From a virus (Duplodnaviria; Caudoviricetes): a stretch of 26,263 nt of DNA. The notes under the pieces are model-generated. The model was not told the DNA's origin. It did not search any database and saw only the letters and a program-made list of their open reading frames with translations. Each line of letters starts with the position of its first letter. Position 1 is the first letter of the stretch. Of this stretch, positions 8,347 through 16,256 are shown piece after piece. Made by a program: the position numbers and the translations under genes. Location: positions 1-26,263 of IMG/VR virus record IMGVR_UViG_3300037202_000041. One strand, given 5' to 3'.

Positions 8347-8905
8347 AGGTGCTGGCCGTAGGCGCGGTGGTGCCCGCGGCAGCGGTGCCCTCGCCGTGCT
8401 TGTGCGTCTGCAAACCGACTTGGTCGGCGCCGCCATAGCCCGCGATGACCGCGCCGGTGACGTGCAGATCGCCGGCAATCGTCATGGGGTTGCCCGCGCA
8501 GGCAACCGAGGGACCGCCGGCGGTCAGCCAGACATAGGCGCCCCGGAGGTCGTAAAGCGCGGAATCGCCCACGCCGAGGTTCCGCAGCCGATAGGTCTGG
8601 TGACCGCCGGCGATCGCCAGGGACTTCGCCCGGTCGCCGTCGAGGAAAGCCAGATGCAGGTCGGTGCCGATCGGCGGCGAGCCGGTGACGCCGAACCCAT
8701 AGAGCAGCGGGATGTTGTCGCGCGTGGACAGCGCATCGAGCTGCGCCTGCACCGTCTGCACCGGCCCGGTGTCGTTCACCGTCAGCGTCGTGCGGGCAAG
8801 CGCGAACGGTGCGCCACGGCGCAGCATCAGCGCACTCACCTGCCGCTCCAGCATGACAACCTGGCGCGCCAGCATGGCGACGGTTGCTTCGAGAGATGTG
8901 GACAT
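8345..8905 (-). CDS. Mu gp45-like baseplate spike/assembly protein
   Basis: NDTGPVQTVQ, YGFGVTGSPP, GDRAKSLAIA, GDSALYD, C-terminal LQTHKH (HxH spike motif). Confidence 0.9.
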   Translation of the reverse strand: MSTSLEATVAMLARQVVMLERQVSALMLRRGAPFALARTTLTVNDTGPVQTVQAQLDALSTRDNIPLLYGFGVTGSPPIGTDLHLAFLDGDRAKSLAIAGGHQTYRLRNLGVGDSALYDLRGAYVWLTAGGPSVACAGNPMTIAGDLHVTGAVIAGYGGADQVGLQTHKHGEGTAAAGTTAPTAST

Positions 8906-8919
8906 TCAGGCTCCGGCCG

Positions 8920-10092
8920 CTAAGGCGGCGTGTTGGTGGACGGCGGCGCGGGGGCTTGCGAGGTCTGCGGCGCGTTCGCCAGCTCCGCGTCGAACAGGTT
9001 CAACGGGTTCGGCTCGGGGCTGAACGCATCGGGCGGCATCAGGATCAGGTCGGTGTGCGTGCCGCTCATGTCCTTGCGAAAGGACAGCGAGCCGATGATC
9101 CACGTCGCGTTGGAAATGTCGGCCGCCGGCGCGTCGATCGTCGCCAGCCAGTTCGGCGTCCAGAGGTTGCCGCTGCTGTCGCGCCAGCTATCGCAGGTGA
9201 TAGACGCGCCCTGGCTCCGGCCGATGCGCCGGGCCTTTTCCCAATTCGCGCGCTGCTTGGCGATGGCATCGTTGTCGATCGTCTGCTGCCCGGCCGGGGT
9301 CGGCGCGATCTGTTCGGAGACAATGATGCGCAGCCGGTATTCGCCCAGCGTGTCGTCCAGGATGGTTGCCCGGCGATTGGCCAGGCCGCCCAGGTCGGCG
9401 GTTTGGTCGACGCCTGAGTAGACCACCACGTATGTCGAGAACCGGCCATCGACAGACCGCTCCCCGTTGATCGCCTCGACGTTGCCCGGGAGGGTAAAGC
9501 CGGAGGCGTGCTGCGAGGTTCCAATGCGATCCAGCACGAGTCTGCCGAACACGTCCTCGTAGACCAGGTAACCGGCGTAGCGCGCCACGCTCTCGATGAT
9601 CTGGTAAGGCGTCTCGCCCAGCGGCACCTGAAACGACGGGATCGCGATGCCAAGGTCGGCGACGGCCGAGCGGGCTGTGATGCCGTACGCCTTGCAGAGC
9701 TTGGCCGCCACGTCGAGCGCGTTCGCCCCGTTGATCTGCCCGCCGCGGATGCCCGGATCGTTCAGCAGATCGGCCGAGCAATCGACCAGGTTGCGGGTGA
9801 TGCCGCGGCCCGAGAGGGTGACCTGGTGGTTGCGCGCGTCGATCGGGATGGAGCGGCGGTCGATTTTCCCGGTGATGACGAGGTCGGACCCGATATAGAT
9901 CAGGCACGACTGCCCCGGCCGCGTCCCCGCCAACGCCGCGCCTTGCAGGAACTCGGCACTTGCGCTTAGCGTCCAATTGTTCGGCATCGACTCACAGGAC
10001 CGGCTGATGCTCACGTTCTGCCAGCCGACGAAGCGATTGGAGCCGACCTGGATGGTCACGTCATCCGGGCCGGAGCCGAGAGAAGCCGCCAC
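8920..10092 (-). CDS. Mu gp44 (gpP)-like baseplate hub protein
   Basis: FVGWQNVSISRS, VITGKID, LVDCSA, ANWEKARRIGRS, WRDSSGNLWTPN. GTG start preceded by GGAG. Confidence 0.9.
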   Translation of the reverse strand: MAASLGSGPDDVTIQVGSNRFVGWQNVSISRSCESMPNNWTLSASAEFLQGAALAGTRPGQSCLIYIGSDLVITGKIDRRSIPIDARNHQVTLSGRGITRNLVDCSADLLNDPGIRGGQINGANALDVAAKLCKAYGITARSAVADLGIAIPSFQVPLGETPYQIIESVARYAGYLVYEDVFGRLVLDRIGTSQHASGFTLPGNVEAINGERSVDGRFSTYVVVYSGVDQTADLGGLANRRATILDDTLGEYRLRIIVSEQIAPTPAGQQTIDNDAIAKQRANWEKARRIGRSQGASITCDSWRDSSGNLWTPNWLATIDAPAADISNATWIIGSLSFRKDMSGTHTDLILMPPDAFSPEPNPLNLFDAELANAPQTSQAPAPPSTNTPP

Positions 10093-10368
10093 AGTTTATC
10101 GCTCCGTCGCATTGGGGGGATTGTGCCGGCGCCGCGGCCTTCCCGGCCGCAAGGATGGCAAGTGCACAGTTCGGTCTCGCGGCCGTCGCCAGGACGATCG
10201 GTGTGAGAATCGTCAGAGCGTAGTGATCGATGGTCTCTGGGATGATTTCCCGGAACAAATCCTATGGCGGGCTGGGAATGCCGTTCGACCCAAGGGACAT
10301 AAACCGGCGACGGTTGGCTGTGATCTTTGCCACCTCGTCCGAATGGGCGTTGGAAGGGAGCTAACCCG

Positions 10369-11457
10369 ATGCTGAAAAGGAACCAGTGGACGTTAGGTGA
10401 GCGCCATCATGTGATACCTCCTCTGCCGGAGGGCATCAGAGGCGTATGGGGTTGTAGCTTGCAACGCACCACTTTCGATCCGTCGATAGGTCAGGAAGTT
10501 CACGCCGTATATACAGAAGAACCTGACCAAGCGGGAGAATTCACTGATATTTCTCCGTTCAATATGCTTGTTCACAAGGGACTGGTACGCACGCCGTATG
10601 GTGTGGTTGCCTTCTTGATATGGCAGATAGCGATGGGAACCCCCCAGCAGGTTGCCGTTGAGCAGTACCTGAATCCGCACAACGTGAAGGCGCTGAGGCT
10701 TGTGTCAGACGCCGCAAATCAAACGCATTTCAAACTTCTTGTAGTCAACAACCAGACTTCGGAAGTGACTGCGTTCATCGACTTTGAGAATGTGTTTAGA
10801 TTTGACGAATTAGCGTCAGCCATGGTCTTGGCTATCGGGCACGAACCAGAGGGAGAATTTGACGCTGCGATGAGGCATGTAATGGACACCATGACTGTAG
10901 ACCAACTTATTGCTCTTTCCTCTCAAGATGAATCAAGCCCCACATCCGAAGATGGGTCGTCTGCGTCAGACAGACTCATTGGTGAGCCGTTGATTATAGT
11001 GGTCTCCCGAGAGGAGGTCGAGGGGCGAGTTCCGGCAACATCGCTGAAAGCCTTGGTGGAATGTCTGTCACCACCAGACCGAGCACGTCAACTTTGCGGA
11101 AAACTCGACATCGCATTCCATGGATATAACAATGATCGACGAGAACTTTTCGAAATACCAGAGGTCCGAAACTTCGTGAGCAAGTTAGACGACCAATTTC
11201 CCTTTTGGTTGTTTTTCCTGACAAAGAGCGGATTGGGTCTTCAATGTATCATGCTGTGCATGATGCCGCCCTTTTTGACCGAGGCGGCTCGGCGGACTGT
11301 GCATCCTCAACGCTTAGATGATCTCCTTAATACGAGGTGGTTTCCAGCAATGAATCATATGTGCGAGATGGTCGGATTCTCGGAAGAGAAGATTGAAGCT
11401 CTTACAGAGGAGGCGGTTGACTATTTCGTGAACGGCCCATCTACCCACCGGACCTAA
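10369..11457 (+). CDS. Two-domain accessory protein: unknown N-terminal domain plus C-terminal CRR6/DUF1817-like domain
   Basis: ATG 10369 preceded by GGAAGGGAG. Ser-rich linker, then FHGYNNDRRELFEIPEVRNFVSKLDDQFPFWLFFL. AT-richer than the flanks and on the opposite strand. Confidence 0.72.
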   Translation: MLKRNQWTLGERHHVIPPLPEGIRGVWGCSLQRTTFDPSIGQEVHAVYTEEPDQAGEFTDISPFNMLVHKGLVRTPYGVVAFLIWQIAMGTPQQVAVEQYLNPHNVKALRLVSDAANQTHFKLLVVNNQTSEVTAFIDFENVFRFDELASAMVLAIGHEPEGEFDAAMRHVMDTMTVDQLIALSSQDESSPTSEDGSSASDRLIGEPLIIVVSREEVEGRVPATSLKALVECLSPPDRARQLCGKLDIAFHGYNNDRRELFEIPEVRNFVSKLDDQFPFWLFFLTKSGLGLQCIMLCMMPPFLTEAARRTVHPQRLDDLLNTRWFPAMNHMCEMVGFSEEKIEALTEEAVDYFVNGPSTHRT

Positions 11458-11583
11458 TTATGTTCAACGTCCGGGGACAGAGAGGGGTGGTTGTTGATTC
11501 AAACAGCCCGCCACGCTACTCCCAGCCCCAGTTGGTAGAATGCGGGACCACAAACCCCGGCGTCGGTGGACCGATCGTGCCCC

Positions 11584-11802
11584 CTACCTGCGCGGCTTGG
11601 TGCGAGATCCTCGCGCGGTCGCCGGCTTCTTGGCCGGGGTCGGCTTTCGCTCGGCCACCTCCAGGCCCATCACCACCAGCTCGCGGAGGGCAGCGGACTC
11701 GCTCTCCAGGAACTGGGCGAAGCGGTAGGCGGTGACGCGCTTCCACAGGTCGTCGTCAAGCCCGACTTGTCTGCGGTTCGGTGCGGTTGCTGGTCTGCCC
11801 AT
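11584..11802 (-). CDS. Ribbon-helix-helix (CopG/Arc-like) DNA-binding protein
   Basis: MGRPAT..RRQVGLDDDLWKRVTAYRF....SESAALRELVVMGL is a typical RHH pattern, followed by a basic tail. Confidence 0.75.
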   Translation of the reverse strand: MGRPATAPNRRQVGLDDDLWKRVTAYRFAQFLESESAALRELVVMGLEVAERKPTPAKKPATARGSRTKPRR

Positions 11803-11833
11803 GTGCGTCGCCTAGCACGGGAAATCCGGGTTT

Positions 11834-11850
11834 ACAAGTAATTTACTTGT
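11834..11850. promoter_or_regulatory. Perfect palindrome in a divergent promoter region (putative operator)
   Basis: ACAAGTAA-T-TTACTTGT in the AT-rich 11803-11906 gap. Confidence 0.6.
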
Positions 11851-11906
11851 GGCATTGTAGTTGCTTTTATGCAATAGTAAGTCATTGAAAAACGGGACGC
11901 GCCTCA

Positions 11907-12212
11907 ATGACCAGGTCCGCCTTTATCCAATTCTCCGCCAGCGAAAACAGGTTCACCAGCGAGGCCGTCGAATACCGGGTCGAGGCCTGGGGCGACACTC
12001 CGATCGGGCAACTCTTCGCCTCGATCCGCACCAAGCTGCGCCGCAGGAAGGCAGGCCGCGTTCGCCTCTCCGACCCGGAGATTGGCGAGCTGGTCTGGCT
12101 GCTCGACAACGTGATCCACCACAAATATCCGGCCGACACGCTCCGCGCCTTCAAGCGAACCCTCGCCAAACTGCGCGGCGCCGTGCTGACCGAGGACGCG
12201 CCAGTCAGGTGA
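11907..12212 (+). CDS. Hypothetical protein (101 aa, basic, helical)
   Basis: Divergent from the RHH gene across an AT-rich gap; codon usage looks coding (C/G third positions). Confidence 0.65.
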   Translation: MTRSAFIQFSASENRFTSEAVEYRVEAWGDTPIGQLFASIRTKLRRRKAGRVRLSDPEIGELVWLLDNVIHHKYPADTLRAFKRTLAKLRGAVLTEDAPVR

Positions 12213-12927
12213 TGGTGAAGGCGACCACAGCGCCGCCCTGCCACGGCTGCGTGTACTGAACCGCGCTCGCGACGATGGTGCCGCCGGCGTTCGTTTCGAC
12301 CGACCAGAAGTAGTAGGTTCCCGCGGTCGCCGGGGTCGGCACGCCGTACGCATACCAATAATTGTGACCGCTGTTTGAAATCTGACCCTGCGCGATCGTC
12401 ATCCCTGAGATCGACGTTGGCGCGACCGTCGATGACGTGCTCCATCCGAAATAGACGTTGGCCGGAACGGTGTGGCTGCCATCGCTGGACGATGAACCAT
12501 CGTCGGCGTTGGCGTTGCACGTTGAAGCGTGCGCGTAGCTGGTGCCGCTGCCATAGGGCTGAAAGCCGCTGCCCATCGCGTAGTTGTACGTCGAGGTCGT
12601 GCTACTGCCAGACCAGGACCCGGGTGAGGATGGCGAGGCGTTGGTGGCCTGCACCTGCACATCATACGACGTGCCGGCGGTAAGTCCGGTGATGCCGAAC
12701 GGGCTGGTGACACCGCTGACCGTTGTCCAGGAGTTCGCCGCGTGAACGCTGTAGCGCAGATTGTAGCCGGTCGCGGTGCCGCCGCTGCTTGGCGCGGTCC
12801 AGGTCGCGGTCAGGCCGGTGTTGCCGGTCACCGCGACCACGCTGCTGATCACCGGCACGCCGGGCGCGGCGATCACCGCGGCGGCGGCGGACAGGTGCCC
12901 CAGCAGCAGGTTCCGCAGGTGCGGCAT
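12205..12927 (-). CDS. Fibronectin type III domain protein (1 FN3 plus shared C-terminal domain)
   Basis: Start MPHLRN at a TGATG overlap; WTAPSSGG..Y..W..ITGLTAGTSYDVQVQATN. Confidence 0.8.
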   Translation of the reverse strand: MPHLRNLLLGHLSAAAAVIAAPGVPVISSVVAVTGNTGLTATWTAPSSGGTATGYNLRYSVHAANSWTTVSGVTSPFGITGLTAGTSYDVQVQATNASPSSPGSWSGSSTTSTYNYAMGSGFQPYGSGTSYAHASTCNANADDGSSSSDGSHTVPANVYFGWSTSSTVAPTSISGMTIAQGQISNSGHNYWYAYGVPTPATAGTYYFWSVETNAGGTIVASAVQYTQPWQGGAVVAFTIT

Positions 12928-13571
12928 CAGTTGCTGACCACGGGCGTCAGCGTGAAGGTCTGTCCGCTGATCGGAGTCAGTGACCCGCTCGAAGTGTATT
13001 GCAGGTCCCAATAGACGGCAGAGCCGGACGCCAGCTTTATCCACAGCGCGCTGCCGGCCGCCGGGGTGCCGACACCGGCGGCGCCGTCGCCGAACTGGCT
13101 CAGCGTGACACTCATCGAGCCAAGGTAACCCGCCGCCCCGGTCGCTACCCCATAGGCCCCGCCGTCGCCGTTGGTATAGGTCGGCGCGGCCGACCAGAAC
13201 CGCACGGCCGCGACCACGGCACCCCACCCGGTGGTGACGTTGGTCGTCAGGATGATCTCGGGGATGGCGGCGGCGCCCCCCGCGTTGGCGATGGCGAACG
13301 ACGGCACAACCACCGATCCGGCCGTGGTGCTGCTGGCAATCAGTTCGTTCTGCGCATAGGCCGTGGTGTTCGCCGGCCGCGTCAGGGTCGAACTCGGTCC
13401 GGTGACCAGCGGCGACAGCGGAGCGCCAACTGGGAACGGATGCGCGGCGCTGACATCATTCCCCGCCCCGTCCTGCTGCTGCGAGCGCAGCCCGCCGCTT
13501 GGCGTGAGGCTGCCATACGTCGTGTCCCCGACCGTCAGCGACGGCGGAGCAGACGAAACGATGCCTTCCAT
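12927..13571 (-). CDS. Hypothetical beta-rich phage protein, probably structural
   Basis: 214 aa, S/T/G/A-rich, LTRPANTTAY motif; co-oriented with and coupled to the next gene. Confidence 0.7.
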   Translation of the reverse strand: MEGIVSSAPPSLTVGDTTYGSLTPSGGLRSQQQDGAGNDVSAAHPFPVGAPLSPLVTGPSSTLTRPANTTAYAQNELIASSTTAGSVVVPSFAIANAGGAAAIPEIILTTNVTTGWGAVVAAVRFWSAAPTYTNGDGGAYGVATGAAGYLGSMSVTLSQFGDGAAGVGTPAAGSALWIKLASGSAVYWDLQYTSSGSLTPISGQTFTLTPVVSN

Positions 13572-13609
13572 GAATTGAAATTCCCTTAGTCGCTAGGTGA
13601 CGGTGCGGG

Positions 13610-16252
13610 TTAGGTGACCGTGTAGGGGCCAGCAACAAGCAGGCCGATCGTCGCGCCACCGCTGTTCTGCGCCTCGATCCACAGGTACGAATTGCCAGCC
13701 GTCCCGACCTCAGCCGGATAACCACCCCAGAGGTTGCCGCTGTAGTTGTTCGGCGTGATCCAGCCGGAGGCCGGTTGCGTGGTGGCGGAGGTTCCGAACG
13801 CCTCTCGCATCGCGGCAGGCGTCGGCGTCGCTGTGACGTTGACGCCAGGGCCATAGCCCGGGGCAAACGGTCCCGCTGGCGAAACGTAATTCAAGGTCAG
13901 TGTGGTGGTGTAGGTCGTCCCGTTCATCGTCGCCGTGAAACTGCTCGCACCGGCTGCATTCACTGCTGCCACCTGGAAATCATATTCCGTGGCCGAGCTA
14001 AGACCGGTGATCGTCGTCGCGGTGCCGGCAATCCCGGTCACCTGAGTCCAGGAACCGCCGACGCTCGTCACGCGATACCGGGCGGTGTAGCTGGTCGCCG
14101 CGTCATGCGTGCCGTCGATCGCCGCCGCCGACCAGGTGATGGCGATGCTCGACGTGGTGATCGCCAGCAGCGTGCCCGCCGCAAGGCCGGTGGGCACGTT
14201 CGGCGCGGCGGTCGAGGTGGTCGCGCTCGCGGAGGATGACGTTGCGGTGCCCGCACTATTGGTGGCGATCACCTGGAAATTGTAGGCCGTCGCGTGCGCC
14301 AGCCCGGTGACGCTGACCGAGGTTCCGGCGATCGGCGAGCCGAACGTCGCCCAGCCTCCGCCCGACACCAACTGGTATTGCGGCGTGTAGGTCGCTGCCG
14401 CGTTGTGCGTGCCGTCCGTGGCCGAAGCCGTCCACGACAGCGCGACTACGCTGTAGGCCGGCGAGCCGGCAGTCGCCGCGAGGCCGGTCGGCGCGTTCGG
14501 CGGGTTGAGCGTCGTGGTGGCCGTGGCCAGGATCGACGGAGATCCAACGCCCGAGGTGTTGCTCCCCAACACCTGGAAATCGTACGCCGTGTTGCTCGAC
14601 AGGCCGGTCACCGTGAAGCCGGTCGGCGAAGGCCCAACCGTGCCCACGGTTGACCAGATGCCAGCCCCGTGCGCGCTGACCTGGACGATGTAGCCCGACG
14701 CCTGACCGCCGGTCGTCGCCGGCAACCACGACAGCACTGCGGTGCTCGCCGTCGTGCTGACCACGGCCAAGCCCAGCGGCGCGTTCGGGGAGGGAAGCTG
14801 GTAGACTCCAACGCTCGGCGCCGGCGCGATCAACGGGGCGCTCGCGCCCGCCGCCAGGTCATAGGTCGCGTTCACCGTAGGGCCGGTGCCCGAGGCAAGC
14901 GCCTGAAACGTTGTTGGGCAAAACGCCGGATGGATCGCACCCGATTCCGCCGCGATCTGATCCGACCGGCTCGCGTCGAGGTAGAGGCGGTGTGCGATCA
15001 CCAGCGACGGAAGCGGGAGCTGCATGTTGACCGTCACGATGCTCGGCAGGCTGGCGCCGCGCACCGTCAGGTCCTGCACCACGGCCGAGCGTAGCGCCTT
15101 CAATGCGGTATAGCTGGCATCCTCCCCGGCATCGCCGGCAGCGGTGATCTCGCTGTCCAGGGCCGCGGCAAGCGCCACGCGCAGCGCGGCGGCATCATCG
15201 TAGCTGCTGGGCTGGTAGGCAGCCGATGCGCGCGCCAGGCTGACCAGCGCCGCGCGTCGGCACGCCGCCGCCATCGCGTCCCGCATCGCCGCCATCGCCG
15301 CACCTATGCCCACCGTCCCGCCGGCACTGTCCGCGAACGTGAACCCGGCCAGCGCGAGCAGGACCTGCACCTGGTCGGACGGATCGGTGATCCCAGCGCG
15401 CATCGCCTCCACAAGCGCCGCCAGGGCGTCGGGCATGTCGGTGCTGGCAGAATACGAGCCAGCGGCTGCGGCGGCTCCAGACGCAGCCAGGGCCAGCGCG
15501 GCGCGCTGATTCGCGAGTTGGGCCTGGAGCGTCGCAACCGTGGTGCCGATCGGCAGCATGGTCGAGGCCGAACCCGCGCCATAGCGGCCATAGGATGTAT
15601 TGGCATCGGGCGGCGGGAGCGCCGCTGCCATGCCGACGATCGCGGTGGGATTGGCGCCTCCGGCGATCGTCGCCGCGGCGAAGTTCGCCACCACCGTCTG
15701 GCCCTCGCCAGTGACGGCCGGGCCGGCCGCGGCGGCGGGAATAGCCGTGCCGCCCAGGTCGCTGCCGGAGGCCGTCAACGCGCTGTCGGCCGCGGCAAGC
15801 ACCGCGATGACCGTGGCGATGATGGTGGACGGGAAAACCGGGCTGCCGGCTTCAATGAATTGGAACGCGACCTCGATCACCCGCATCTTGTCGCGGTGGA
15901 TGGCGGTCGAGGCCGAACCGACAGCCACCTTCACGGCGCCGATCGTCGGGTGGATCAGCAGCCCCGGACCCTTTGTCTCCACCGCGTTGTCGAGCAGGAG
16001 CTGCATGACCGGCGCCAGGTCGCCGATCAGGTAGCCGGAGAAGCTGTAGAGTCGCAGCGCGCGGCCCATATCCTCCGGCCAGCCGCCATCGATGTAGGGG
16101 TATTCGTGGATCGCCTGCCGCCGGCCCTTCTTGGCCTGCGCCGCGATCACCTTGAACGGCACCCCGCGAAAGCTCGCCGTTTGCAGCAGGCCCATGAAGC
16201 CCGCGATGCTGGTCGGGGGCGCAAAGCCCGTAACACCCGTAAACCCGCTCAC
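13610..16252 (-). CDS. Mu gpN-like DNA circularisation protein fused to 3 FN3 domains and a C-terminal domain
   Basis: LQTASFRGVPF, GRRQAIHEYPY...EDMGR, GPGLLIHPTIG, LYLDASRSDQI..IHPAFCP, then three FN3 repeats. GTG start at 16252 after GGAG. Confidence 0.88.
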   Translation of the reverse strand: MSGFTGVTGFAPPTSIAGFMGLLQTASFRGVPFKVIAAQAKKGRRQAIHEYPYIDGGWPEDMGRALRLYSFSGYLIGDLAPVMQLLLDNAVETKGPGLLIHPTIGAVKVAVGSASTAIHRDKMRVIEVAFQFIEAGSPVFPSTIIATVIAVLAAADSALTASGSDLGGTAIPAAAAGPAVTGEGQTVVANFAAATIAGGANPTAIVGMAAALPPPDANTSYGRYGAGSASTMLPIGTTVATLQAQLANQRAALALAASGAAAAAGSYSASTDMPDALAALVEAMRAGITDPSDQVQVLLALAGFTFADSAGGTVGIGAAMAAMRDAMAAACRRAALVSLARASAAYQPSSYDDAAALRVALAAALDSEITAAGDAGEDASYTALKALRSAVVQDLTVRGASLPSIVTVNMQLPLPSLVIAHRLYLDASRSDQIAAESGAIHPAFCPTTFQALASGTGPTVNATYDLAAGASAPLIAPAPSVGVYQLPSPNAPLGLAVVSTTASTAVLSWLPATTGGQASGYIVQVSAHGAGIWSTVGTVGPSPTGFTVTGLSSNTAYDFQVLGSNTSGVGSPSILATATTTLNPPNAPTGLAATAGSPAYSVVALSWTASATDGTHNAAATYTPQYQLVSGGGWATFGSPIAGTSVSVTGLAHATAYNFQVIATNSAGTATSSSASATTSTAAPNVPTGLAAGTLLAITTSSIAITWSAAAIDGTHDAATSYTARYRVTSVGGSWTQVTGIAGTATTITGLSSATEYDFQVAAVNAAGASSFTATMNGTTYTTTLTLNYVSPAGPFAPGYGPGVNVTATPTPAAMREAFGTSATTQPASGWITPNNYSGNLWGGYPAEVGTAGNSYLWIEAQNSGGATIGLLVAGPYTVT

Positions 16253-16256
16253 AGCT

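Noticed and set aside
6575-8923. 782-aa plus-strand ORF, and similar long antisense ORFs (1337-2326, 18924-20444, 20565-21929, 24939-26075)
   Set aside because: Antisense shadows of recognisable minus-strand genes in GC-rich DNA; no recognisable motifs.
10061-10258. 65-aa minus-strand ORF (..ALTILTPIVLATAARP..)
   Set aside because: Could be a remnant of a gene disrupted by the moron, but it has a weak start, overlaps gp44 and has no recognisable homology.
11486-11512. Weak hairpin between the convergent moron and RHH genes
   Set aside because: Imperfect stem with no U-tract; not enough to call a terminator.
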